Shown here one piece after another: positions 12,091 to 24,200 of a stretch of DNA of 64,000 bases (the stretch's first letter is position 1; every line of letters begins with the position of its first letter). Source of the stretch: Klebsormidium nitens. Taxonomy: Eukaryota > Plantae > Klebsormidiophyceae. The notes under the pieces were generated by a model. That model saw nothing but the letters and a program-made list of their open reading frames with translations. It searched no databases and was not told where the DNA came from. Location of the stretch: assembly GCA_000708835.1 (NCBI GenBank), contig DF236967.1:186001-250000 (forward strand). Reading direction: 5' to 3'. Made by a program: the position numbers and the translations under genes.

Positions 12091-15000
12091 ATGGACAGGC
12101 CGTCTCGTGCTCGTGCCAAGGGGCCTGACAAACGGGCCTCAGTCGGCGCAGCACTCAACCGTCCTAGTTCACTTCTTCCTGTTTCCTCCGCGCCTAGTCT
12201 GGAGCAAGAGGGAGCCTTGGGGCGCGAGCGGCACATCGGGCCGCCTCGCACGCTGAACGTCTGGGACTTTGCGTCGGAGCGAGCGGCTGAGATCAGCAGC
12301 CTAAACGAGGTTCTCAAGAGTCAGGGGGGAAAGGGCCTGTTCACACTGGCTAGGCATCTACGGCGGAGGACTACCAGTCACAGCAGGCGGCAGTTCCTGT
12401 TCCGGCCCAAGAAACAGAAGGTGGAGTCGGAAAAGGAACTAGAGCAGGGAGATGGGGGGGAAAGAAAGCCTCAGTCCAGGAAGGTGCGGCGGAGGGCAAT
12501 GCTGCAAGCAATCAAGCGAGGGGAGGCCAATGTGGTAAGGCAGCCAAACTTCTTAAGTTAAAACGACTTCGAACCGCCCCAACTTGTTGTACGGTAAAGA
12601 AAGTATGTTGCTTTCAGGTTGCGGTGCTTTAACGATCCTGTGCTTCTCTTTTGCTTTGGATGATATTTATAAATCCTGGAAAGGAGGGCAGCGGAGGCAG
12701 CGCTTGTCAGGAGCTTGTCTTGCAAACACTCTTCCGATCTGCAATCGTAAGGATCCGAGGCATTCAAATGGAGATGCCATCCTCAGTCGCCCAAAATTGC
12801 AACCACAAACCTATAGATGCGGAAAAAATGGGGTACCGTCTGAGCATACCAGCCTCATCAGCTGGAGAACCGGGACTGCTATACGCGATCGGCAGCAACA
12901 CCTTGAAAAGGTCAAACGTGCTACACCCGCGAATTGAACCACGACCATTTGGTCCAAGTGTGACTTGTCACTGCCGGCCAAAGCAGCCGCTCTAACCACT
13001 TGAGCTGTTCCAAGGGATAGGTTTACAGATGCGACTGTGCTACTCAACAACCTTCATATGACTGCCAAAAGGCTCATATTTCTCAATAATATTTCTCCCG
13101 TTTTCAGGGCCCTGACGGAGACATCCGCCTGGAGACTCACGTGTGGCACGCCAAGCGCTTTGTCATGGAGCATCTCTGGGGCCACGTTTTGGCCGCCGGC
13201 CTCCCAGGACGAGGGCGTGGCTCGCGCTCTGTCCTCCGGGCAGCACGCTTTGCCGCTCTAGTTCACGACGCCACTTACGTGCAGCCGATTCAACTAGAAG
13301 GCCCCCGAACGGCTGTCTTTGAGGTCCTGGAGTCGGTGTCCTCTTTTCGGCGAGCAGATGCGGAAAACGGGTCAGCTAAACCGGGGAATGAACCAAGGAG
13401 AGCGGGAGAAGAGGGGGGGGTGTTGGGGAGTGTAGCGTTCGAGGTAATGTTACACAAGCAGGGGGATTTTCCACTGGGCGCAATTGCGCCTGCGACTTTG
13501 ATGTGGCGGCCCCAGAGGGGCCAGTGTTCCGGACCCGTAGCAAACGAGGCGGACATGGAGGAAGACGGGGCGGGAGATGGGGGGCTCCGTGATGGTGACG
13601 TCAGCATGGCTGCAGCGCCACATGAGGAAGCGCTGGGCGACTACATCCCTCTGGAGGGATCGACTCCGACGGCCGAGGCGGGGCAGGCGGTTCCGTCTCG
13701 GACTCAGGACATGTCTTCGGAACAGAGGATCGCAGGCCTAGACTCTGGGCTGGTTGTTGGTAGGGATCGAAGCGGGAAGAGAGAGAACGATCCGATGGAG
13801 GAAGATGAGCGGGAAGGCTTTGGGGGCGCCGCTCGTGCTGACGAGGGTGGGAACGGGGAAGCCGCGGCGCAGTGTCTGGTGTGGGTGCACGCGGCGGCCT
13901 TTGACGAAGCGCTGGGTGTCCTTCAAGGGGCGTGTGCAGGGATGGTGAGCCTTTCAGTATTGGTTCTTGTCCATCCTGCTGAGTTCCACACGTGCTGATT
14001 GTGCATGCGGGTGGCTTTTACTGAGGCATTGGAGCGACTCCGGTATGGCAATTGCTCCGTTCATGAAACAGTCTCTGGACTCACGGATGGCGGTCTGTAA
14101 TGTTCGGAGGCTGAATGAAACTCCAATTCTTCTTCCAGGGTGAGGGGAGCGCCCCCGGGTTTCCAAGGGTGAGGTGCCGGTCCAGGAAAGGCGAGTTCGT
14201 GCGATTGGACGTCATGGGTGCCGAGACCCGTACCGTCCTCTCGAAGGTCCTTCGGCCAATCCGGTGAGTAACGTCGAAAGTCGAAGAGCTTGGGTCTTCA
14301 CTCCGCATCGTGAGCGGATGACGTTCAGGCTTTCTGAGCATCCTTTGTATCTGGAGCCGATGTGACCTCACTAGACCCAAGCTCGCAAGGATTGGTCACA
14401 GATGTTGCGACTGCCGGGTCCTGTTTGTCGGAATGAGCGCATGCAGCCCGGAGCTTCCACTCGAATCTTCGCCGACGAATCTTCTCACGAATGATGCAGG
14501 AGCGGAACATCGTCCCCGGGCGCTGATGTGTTTGAATCAGACGGTGCCACGTGGCAGCGGCTGGTCAGTCCAGCCACTCTTGCTCGTTTTCCTCCTCGAG
14601 CAGTCCTCTCGCTGACGGTCGAGGACCCCAGGCACCAACACGAGGACGTCAGCACGTTCGCGCAACCGGAGCTTGTTCCCTCCCTTACGGAAATTGGGCC
14701 AGATGCAGATTTGCCCCCAGGCTTCGCTAGCCCGCTCTTTTCTCCTACGCAGCCCACACCGAATATGCGCAAGTCTCCTTCCGATCATCTGTTACAGTCC
14801 CCAAGACCCACACCACCCCTTTTCCAATCAACGGACGTTAGACCCCCCTCCATTGATCCTAGGGAGAAAGAATTGGCCCCCTATGCAGCGGCAATGGGGG
14901 CCGACTACCCCCTGCTCTGGGACCCCCCCAGAACACCGGACGGTAAGCCTTTGTGGCCCAAACCGGTGAGCAACACCCTTCTAGGTGACCAGCGGAGACA

Positions 15001-16951
15001 GGCAAGATTAGCTAGCTTTGGGCTGCCCCCGGAGTCCCCGGGGCCAGCCAGGGGGCGGGGTAGAGGTCGAGGGGGGGTGTCCGGAGACCGGGGAAAGGGC
15101 GGGGAAGCCGAAAGCAATGGGCGGACTTCTTCGTGCTGTCCAGTGTGGCTCGTCCAACGGCCAGCCGATGCGGAGTTTGCAGCAGGGTGAGCAGGCTATG
15201 ATTCTGACGTGGGTCTTCAGCTAAAGCCATACATCTCGTGTTCGATACTTTCATCAAAGTATAACCAATGATTGCTTTCAGCGTAAATTTTTCAAAGAAA
15301 GAAGAAAGATTCTACATTGTCTAGAAACTGATCCTGTGTGTTTTGAGCTGTTTTGTCATGTCCGCTCTTCGGTGAACAGCGCGACCTTGACCGGTTGCTC
15401 TCCCTTTCCGAGGCCGTTCTTTACGAGAAGCTTACGTCGGGCATTCGTCTTTGGGGCGAAACGGCAGATCCGTCCCATCAGTGGTGATTGACGTGCCGCG
15501 TTGCGTGTATACTTTGAACAAAGGAACGCTACGTAAGTTCGGACTGTTGCAATTAAAGCCTAACCTTTGCCGCGCACACTCTGACTTTTGATTGTCCAGC
15601 CCTAATCCTTCATCCGTCGAGTCACGAGCGGGACCCCGTCCTCTTTTGACCTCTCTATGGTCCGTCATGCATTGAGCGAGGACACTTTTCCGCGTTTTTC
15701 CGCAGGTGGACCCTCATCGTGCCGTCCGGCTGGGCCCTGCCTTTCTGGGTGCCGCTTATCTACGCTGGCGCACACGCGGTGGGACAGCGAGAGCGAAATT
15801 GGGTCGTGACTGAGGTGAGGCTGTTGCAAAGCGCCGATTAATTCTAACAAACCACATCCTTTTGGGCCCACGAACTGATTATTACATGTATCAAAACTTT
15901 CCACTGCATTGTTAGCTAGCAGCAGCATCGATGTCTGCAGAACGTGTCGGTAGCAGTACCTACTTATACTTTGCGGTCAGACACACCACAGGGTTATTCC
16001 AACGCCGTTTGCATTCTCATGAACTCTTGAGTTTTGGATCACTCCTGAATCTGTTGCTGAGCCCACCTCGCCGTGTCTCCTCCTTAAAGTCCGTGTTTAT
16101 CCTGCCAGGCTGGGACTCCCGTCTTTCCGGACGACTACCCGGACTGTCCTGCGTACGCCCGCACATGGCGATTGAGGCACCAAAAGCTCCTCGACGAGTA
16201 CGCCAAAAAGCCTCCCGCCAAGCGGCCCGCCGAGCCGCCTCCGCTGCCGAACTGGGACTCAGTCTGCAGCACCGGGGCAAGGGAACCGCCGTCTGATCAG
16301 TCGATGGGTGGACAAGCGCCCGAAGCGAGTGCGCGAACCTCATACTTCGTGGCACGGGACCGAGCGACACTTGCGACAGCTACAGGGGTGGCACGTGAGA
16401 ATGTCGCGTCCGATAGGGACCGGGGACGGAGAACCAAAGGCGTGAGGCAGGGTTTGAAAGCCGGAAAGCTGACGTGGAAAGCCGTGGGAAGTGTGCCTGA
16501 GATTGGGGCTCTGCCCAGGGAGCCTGCTGGGGGGGCTTGCTGCCTGGTCGAAGCGCTGCTTAAGATGCCCCGGAAGGGAGTCCCCGAGGAGGGAGCCGAG
16601 ATCCTGGTTCCGACACAGGACGACTTCGACGCGTGGTGCAAATCGCGGACGTGGCAGGGGGTAGAACTCCCGCGAGAACGGGGGAGGGGACGAGGAAACG
16701 AGCTTGCTCAAGCGGGGCCTAACCAAAGTAGGCCGGTAATGGGTTATGTAATTTCGCCGAGTCCCCCCTCAGGCAGCGCACAGAGCCGGGCGTTTGTAGT
16801 GTGTCAGGCGTCCACCTTTCAACGCTTAAGGGCGAGGCAATACTCTGAGAGAGCGGCTGGTGGGGACGCACATGTGTTTGTGCTGGTACATAATTGCGGC
16901 TCGAACATGGGGAGGCCGGGGCTGCTGAGCTTAAAGCTGGACCAGGAATGA
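12091..16951 (+). CDS. POP1: POP1 protein subunit of RNase P/MRP (6 exons: 12091-12534, 13108-13944, ~14140-14266, 14500-~15186, ~15706-15811, ~16108-16951)
   Basis: N-terminal LNVWDFASERAAEISSL...LRRRTTSH; POP1 motif RLETHVWHAKRFVMEHLWG...GRGRGSRS...LVHDATY; POPLD motif GWTLIVPSGWALPFWVPLIYAGAHAVGQRE...FPDDYPDCPAY; canonical splice sites. Confidence 0.92.
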
Positions 16952-17902
16952 ATGTACGACAGACTGACGACCTGCAACCGTCCATATGATTGTCGGCCTC
17001 GACTGTCTCTGTAGATTAAGCTCTAGCTCAGGCTGTGCCAGGCGAAGTTGCCTAGCCACCGAGGCGGCGCGCCAGCTGTTTGACCTCAACTTATTAATCG
17101 TAGTCCATCCTCGCAATCGTACATCCGAAGCGCTATATCTGGTTGCGCGCGCATTCCTGGAGGTACTGCACTGAGTGATCGTTGCGCAAGCATTGCCTGG
17201 AAGATCTAATAATTATACCAATCAAGCAGCTATAGCTCGTTATATGCAAAAGGCACAATGGAACTTAGGTTGCGCACCATGAGCATGTTGGCTACTGGCG
17301 CGTACATATATGCGCCCACTCATGCATGGCTGATTATCGCGATCGGACAATTTGTTGCAATGATATATACAGATGCACCATGACTGCGCGCCTCGCAACC
17401 ATATGGCTGCAACATATTGATATGCTGTTAGACTGCAAATCAGTCAAAGAATTGTTGCTAATCACGCAAGATTCGTTGCTAAGCATGCCATGCGCAAAGT
17501 TCTGCGCACATATGTGAGAATTACGGGGTCTGCGCGACAGTAGGTTTAATGTGCGGATCTGAAAAGTATTGATGATTATGTCACGTACTGGCCCATCGTA
17601 ACATATCCTTAGACAGACCATACGCGACACGTACTTCTGGACGGTATAGCGACCTAGAATTCTGTTTTGAAGGCCGGCAGCCTGGTACGCTTGCGATGTA
17701 AAGCTGGTACTAAAAGCCCACACAGTGGCACAACAGTCAACATCTGGCCGGCTTCTGAGCTGTATATCCCCACTGGCAAGAGATACCCATGGCAAAAGCG
17801 GATACAGTCAACAGAAGTTCCCGCGTTTCGGACCGTATCGTCCATATGTATGTACAGTACAATACTGCTTCAGCAGTGAGCCCTTTCTTAGGGGCTGAAC
17901 AA

Positions 17903-20688
17903 TCAGCTGCCACCTGTCAACTCAGGAACCGGTCCTGGCCGAGCCTTTTGCTTGATGGCTATTCGTGTTGAGATGCCCTTGGTCATCTTGCCTAATAGCA
18001 TGTTTTTGACTGGACTCTTCCCTGTAAGGAGCAATCGCAAAATTACATCAGCACTCGCTTCAATGCACCGTACGGGGCAGTCTTGCAATGATGCATCTCT
18101 TCGAATCAGCTCGCTACTATAAAACCAAGCCACAAACGATCGCATGATGCAAAAGCCAGGTGACCCTGTGAAAATCCTCTTTGCCGTTACCCCTAGCCCG
18201 AATACAGAAAGAACTTATGACCGGATTTGACATCAGAAGAGGCCTGCCTTGGCTTGCGACAAAAGCTGCTGGTGCATCACTCCCTATCCGGGACTTCTTG
18301 CGTGTGTGGGTAAACTTGCGTGTGTGGGTAAAAATGCTTGTCCGTTTCTGCTCAGCTCGTCTCACCTGCCACTTCCAGCAGGGCCGCCTTCTGTTCTCGG
18401 GACAGCTCCCCATCGAAGTGTACAACAACATCAAGGCCGTCGGGGAGCTGCCCTTCTGCAAAACAACCCGTGAGAGAGCGGTCAGCCTGATAAAGGCATA
18501 TTATCACATAAGGCGAGCCACATGGTGCGAGGTCCAAGAGATAATGATAACGCCCTACGATGATTGGAAAGTTGCTGCAAGCTCGACATTGATACACTGG
18601 TGATTTTAAAGAATTTCGAAGGCATCAGTTTCTTGGTGAGATGTGTAGTTTTTGTGGAACTTTCCGAGTGATTAACGTGCGCGTGATCATTGTAACGACG
18701 CGTTCGGCCAGCAAGTCATTCTGCGCTTCCTGTCTCAAACGTCCAAACACGGCTTTCCTTCCAAACAACTAGTAAAATCGCAAGAAGGGCTTCGCAGTTC
18801 TGTACTTCAAGACCCCAGCTACAAAGCAGTTGCTATTCAAGAAATGTTCGGACAGAGGCACAATAGTTCTTAAGAAACCCGTTTGAATAGGGGGTCGACA
18901 CTCACTTCCTCGCCCATGTTCTTTCACCACCACACGTATCCGTCGCAGCGGCCAATTCTTCCTGTCAGCATACTGCAGGCAGTCATAAAGAAGAGATCAA
19001 GTAAACATCCAAATCTTTCACATACCGTCCACTCCAAGAATCCCGAAAGAGAGTCGGTCATAAAGGATTGCCAGCAGGTCCAGCAGCTGATTGCCGGTCT
19101 TTCTCGCGAAAGAGTAGGAGCCAGGCAGATTGGGACTTGTGTTTGGACCCTGTTTCAGTAAGGGAAGCCCCGTGTCTGGCTCATCCCCTGCCAACCCAAG
19201 GCATCCGAGACAAGACAAGGTGCAATTCTTAGGACCCATGGAGGGGCCTCACGAATCCTCACACAGCCTCGCATCTTTTCACATTTTGGGCATCGCCCAT
19301 ATGACAGTCGTTGTTGCATAAGAGTAGCATTTGAATTCTACGTAAAAGAAATAGAAGCTTCCTTCAAAGTGTTTACAAAGTTCGAGAACGCTCACCATTC
19401 GCATTGTAAGGGATGTCTCCATTGCAAGACCTGACAGCACCATCTCCTTGGGTCTGCACAAGCAAGAACTCCGTGATTACAGCAGTATATTACTTTACTC
19501 CTGATTTCCAGAGCTTGTCACCACAACAGCACCATCTCGATGGGTCTGCTCAGGCGAAAATACCTCAATCGGAGCGGTATCTTCCATCTCTGCTCCTAAT
19601 GTTCGACTCCTTTTACACCACCTATTCCATGAAGCTGAAGGACTAATGATGAAATCCCTGAAGCTGCCTAACGTCGACTGCAATTCCCACTTGACCAGCA
19701 AAGAGGAGAGAACGCTTTTCAATCTTTGGAAAGCCCCAATTGCTTTCTTCAAGACTGTAAAGCCCGCATACTTACGAAGGGCCAAAATCTGTACCACCAT
19801 ATTCCAATCCGAGATCCCCCTGGATGATGTGGCTTTTGCTTCGGATCAGATGGCGGTATCGAACATTATCCTGAAAAGACATAGCAGAACAAGTTGAGGC
19901 AAGCCGGGTGGACAATGGAGTGGTGAAGCATCCTTGGACAGAACTTCAGCGTGGCTCTGATGAGGCCCGGAGATGCACTTTCAAATGATGCTTTCAAGAA
20001 AAAGAACGTCCTGTATGATGAATGACAACCAGCCGACTCAACAACGATTGAGCACCTAGGTTGAGAGATCATGCCAATGCACAAGGGCAATTTTCACCAA
20101 AGTCTGTGAGATGCTTTAACTTTGACGGCGCAACTCGCAGAGTGCCAACTTTAGGGAGGCTCATTCACCAACATCATCGTATTTCATAAGTCCGACAGCG
20201 TTTCATACACACGGCCAACAATATGTGACCCATCCGAAGATGCTATTACTCTTATTGATTCTGAAACCTGTATTCTTGTAAGGCACATTTCTTACCGTCG
20301 TCTCCTCTGCAACCACTTGCGCCAGATGCTGCTCTGGAACCGTTTTTGGAGTAGACGAAGCTCGGCATCGAACACCGGGCGGTCCAACTGGATTCACTGG
20401 GCTCACTGGGCTCCTTCTAAGGTCTTCAATTTTCCCTTGACTAAGAAAGATGTCATTATTTGGTCGGAATGTGCTTCCTCTTGAAGTGAGACTATTATCC
20501 CTACTGCATATTAGAGTGTTGCAGATGCTTCTGGACAACGAAGGTGGAGGCAATGGACGCTTCTGAAATGCTGGGAACCGCCTGTTCTGACCACTCAAGC
20601 ATTCCTGCTCCTTTGAACCGTGCCGCAGAGTTTGCGGCCTGAAAGACTCCGACGACGCCCGATGCAGAGATTGGGAAGAGCTCATCAT
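17903..20688 (-). CDS. OsmC/YhfA-like (PF02566-fold) protein with a probable plastid transit peptide and no catalytic cysteines; 273 aa, 6 exons: 20688-20296, 19870-19776, 19453-19396, 18972-18906, 18455-18366, 18021-17903
   Basis: All five introns are GT-AG and phase-compatible (393+95+58+67+90+119 = 822 nt). Mature part: QVVAEETTDNVRYRHLIRSKSHIIQGDLGLEYGGTDFGPSPKEMVLSGLAMETSLTMRMYADRKNWPLRRIRVVVKEHGRGKGQLPDGLDVVVHFDGELSREQKAALLEVAGKSPVKNMLLGKMTKGISTRI. It aligns with the bacterial OsmC-like consensus (GGxDxGPSPYxLLLAALGACTSMTLRMYAxRKGWPL ... GDLxxEQRxRLLEIAxKCPV). The start codon is less certain than the domain. Confidence 0.82.
18297..18332. repeat. perfect 18-bp tandem duplication (CTTGCGTGTGTGGGTAAA x2) in intron 5 of the OsmC-like gene
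   Basis: Read directly: 18297-18314 and 18315-18332. Confidence 0.9.
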
Positions 20689-21223
20689 CTTCCAGGTCAA
20701 GTGGAGCACAAGCAACCGCAAACCTTAAGCAGCCCCCTCCTCTGAACAGCGCTCAGCAACGGAGGACTTTCAATCCAAATACTGTGCTCTTTTGTCGTCG
20801 TAATCAGCTCCTGCCACTGCCAAAGCCACTTTGCCAGCCCCCTTCAGAAAGCAATGCGGACGCACATGCTTGGTCGCATTCCTATAGCACTGTAGCAGGT
20901 CGTTCACTTGCCCCCACCACAGTCCACTGCTTCCTTCTGAGACGCTCACTTCTGACGTCGACGACGAGACCTCAGAAGTCCGACTCAGGACTCGTGAGAG
21001 GCGGACTAGACTGCTCAGGCTCGAGTCTGACAAGGCCCAGGCCCACAGGGTCAGCGAAGTCCTGCGTGCTCTCTTCTCAAAATCGCCACCAACCATGCGC
21101 AAGTTCTTGCACAACGCTCCTGAAGGTAGTGGAGGGATCAGCGAGGCGTGGTTCTGATGTTTTTGAAGAGTCAGCGCCTAGGATCCTCTTCTGCAGTGGC
21201 AGTGCGCCGTGTGGAGCAACATC

Positions 21224-24200
21224 ATGTTCTACGACAATCGTGTGGTAAGTTTCTAGGATACTTGAGCTGCGAGTTGTGAAAATTTACGTCGTGTTGAGCC
21301 TTTCATTGTTCTTGCTCCCTGGCGTGTTGAAAGTTGAATCCAAACTCTGATTATGTTGCGAGCTCCAACAAGGCAGAACGCCTGCGTGTCCGCTCTCAGC
21401 ATTGAGCATCACTTCTCTATCCAAGGAGAAAATCGTGCCTCAGCAAGAGTTGGTATGAGAGTTCATAAGGTTTCTGGTCAATCGCTTCCAAGAGGTTCTA
21501 AACAGTGCCACCCGCTCAAGGTGCCAGGAAAGCTTGCTGACTTTTTCACTTGCCTCCTGCTCGCTAGAACCTCAAGGAGAGCCGAGACTACTCGTTTCTG
21601 ACTACATCCAAGGCGTCAAAAGCTGACAGGGAAGATGGGGCCTCAGAGGACAGGAATGGTGGTGCTGGTCGCAGCAGTCAGAGTAGGGGTGCAACCACAG
21701 GAGGGTGAGCGCTTGACGCCCGCTTGTGTTTATCCCAGACCTGATGCGCAAGACCATGCGCTTTATTCGCTTGGTTCGCGAATCCTTACAATAAAGGGCT
21801 CAAACAGCGGCCATGACTTGCGTGACATCAAATGCATCAGGATGTGAATGATCGTTATGAAACACCAAATTGCTTGCAGGTCTGACACAGACACATGCTA
21901 TTCTTTGCAGCTGGGGTGGGTTTTTTGGTTCGAAGCCAGAGAAGAGCGCTGCAGAAAGGCTGGCGGAGTTGCAGAAGATGCGGGAACAAGCTGAACAGGA
22001 GAAAGCTCGGAGAGAGTTGGAAAGGATAAGGGTATGTGGAAGGAGAAGCACCTGGAATCTCCTGGTTGCGTACGCGCCGTAGGTCCAGTTGCATATGTTT
22101 GCACGACTTATTTACAGAACTTGGTCTGATATGTTGCCTTTGGCTAAGGTGTTATGCTTCAACCGAGCTCAGGTTTCTACTACGCCGCAGATCGTTTTTG
22201 AGTCAGAATTACTGCGGGCTGGCTCCTCCTCAGCAGAAGTCAAATCCACTCTAGTCATGTTTGCGCAGAGGGTCAAGGGCCTTTTGGTCCCTCCTGACTA
22301 CTCTCTACCAACTGAGTACACATAAACCGTTGTATGTGTGGCAGGCCGACCGGATTGCAGCATCCAAGAAGGCCTCTGTTAGCGCCGCCTCCTCGGGGAC
22401 TTCCCAGCGGTCGGGTGGTTCTAGCGCAGGCTCCAAGAAAAGCGATGCGATGCAGAAGATCCAGGAGCTGGAGGTAAGCGAAAACTTACAACAAACAGCA
22501 GGTTCAGCTGGTCACAATCCATAGTGGTGCACAGCTACAGACTAGATGTTTACGCCAGGCCTTTCCACACGCATTCGTCGGGATATTTGGCTGTGCATGT
22601 GGAGATGCCGTCAGAAAAGCTGAAATCACTTGAAAACGAAACGAGCTTGATGCATCGATCTAGAGCTGTCAGGATCACGTTTGTTGATTACAAGCTTTTA
22701 CATGGATTGTTCAATTCTTGAAAGAATCTGGTCGACATCTCAGAGCGTGACTATCCTCCGGTTCTTATGGCAGAAACACACTCGAGCCCAAGCGCTCAAG
22801 CAGGCCCGTGACTTCTCCGACCTCCTTGGGAACGGGGAGCCTGCAAAGCCGCGTGCTTCTGATCCGGGAGGGGCGTTTGCTAGTGCAAAAAGGTCGTTGG
22901 AAACGTTGAAGCAAAAGGTCGACGACTATTCCGAGTCCATTCGGCGAAGAAATCCTGAGACCGTTTCAAAAGCCCCAAAGGTCGCTGTCCAGCCCCCCAA
23001 AGCTCCGGTCACTCCAAAACATAGCGTATACAAAGACGGGAGGCAGAAAGGGGACCAGAGAGCACCAAGAGAGGCTGACCGTAAGCCCGGTTACAAGGAG
23101 CCCCCGTCGAAGGGGGGCCTGGCCATATCCAGCCTCGCTACGATCACACCGGAAGGTGCGCTGGTTGCGAATTCGGGCATTTCGTTGGAGGATGCCAAGC
23201 GGCTGAAGCAAGGGGCGAAGCTGCTTGGTATGAAGCTGTACTTCGAGAAAGAGGACAAGCAGCGGTTGAAGGAGGAGAAAGCGGCACAGGAACGGAGGGC
23301 GGCGGGGAAAGGCGGGGCTGCTTCCGGGCGGCCAGCAAACGGGAGCGGTTTGGGTGCAAAGAGCGAGGGCAGTGCAAACGGGGGGATGCCGAGGAGCTTG
23401 GACGAGGAGCGGCGAAGGGGGGGGGGTTTGTCCGGACTCAGCACCGCAGCGCCACGGAAGTCAGAAGGGGGACTAGCGCAGAGTGGACGGCCTGGGGTTG
23501 GGGGACATGCGCGCGAGAAAGCTGGGGGCAACGCGCACAGGAACGGGAGCAGCGGGCACGATCGGGCCCCTGGGGGGGGCGGGAGGAGGGAGGCGTTTCC
23601 GCCGTTTAGAGGGCCGGTGAAGAGGAAGCGTCCGGAGGAGGAAATGGAGGATGCGGACAGTTTCTTGGACGAGGGCGAGGAGGAGGACGAGGAGGGGCCG
23701 TCTCAGGAGGCGGTCTCGTCCATGATCCGGAAGATGTTCAGGTAGGGCGGCCGGCTGCAGCAAAGCTCGCTGCGGATATTTTGAAGAACTGTATGCATTT
23801 GTCGACTTTGGCACATTCTGGGGAAAGAAGGCGGCCAGAGAAACTTTCCCAACGCTCGAGGATGTGTATTCAGTGAAATTTGGCACGACTTTATCTGCGG
23901 TACTCCCTGAAATCAGGTTGAAAGAGGAGCATGCTGTTGAGACCGTGGCTCGCGGTTGACTTTGGGCCTTGTGTTGGAACAGACTGTCTCGTAAGGACGA
24001 CTGTCCATGAGAGATCGAAGCACTGTCGACTGATTTGCAAGTTGAATTGTCACCTATGCTAGTGTTCTGCTGGTCCAAATTCCATCCCAACATCTTGGTT
24101 TCTGGTGGTGGCTGTCTTCCAATCACTGGTGTCAACTCCGCTGCACAGGTATAATCCTCACAAGTACGTCGCGGATGATCGCGACGATCCCATGATGGAG

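Noticed and set aside
18030-18145. CPVRC peptide resembling the tyrosine-recombinase (DIRS/Crypton) LCPV motif
   Set aside because: It lies inside intron 5 of the OsmC-like gene, and no HxxR or catalytic Tyr motifs follow.
19495-19870. Reading frame with many in-frame stops that first suggested a C-to-T-decayed pseudogene
   Set aside because: The stops fall in an intron. Splicing at CCTTC|gtaagt (19776) to cag|ACCC (19453) gives the intact OsmC-like ORF.
23091-24135. Long antisense ORFs (for example 23091-23531, 23473-24135, 3830-4471, 38814-39107, 37478-37840)
   Set aside because: They are shadows of GC-rich coding exons on the opposite strand or frame, with no recognisable domain or independent splice pattern.
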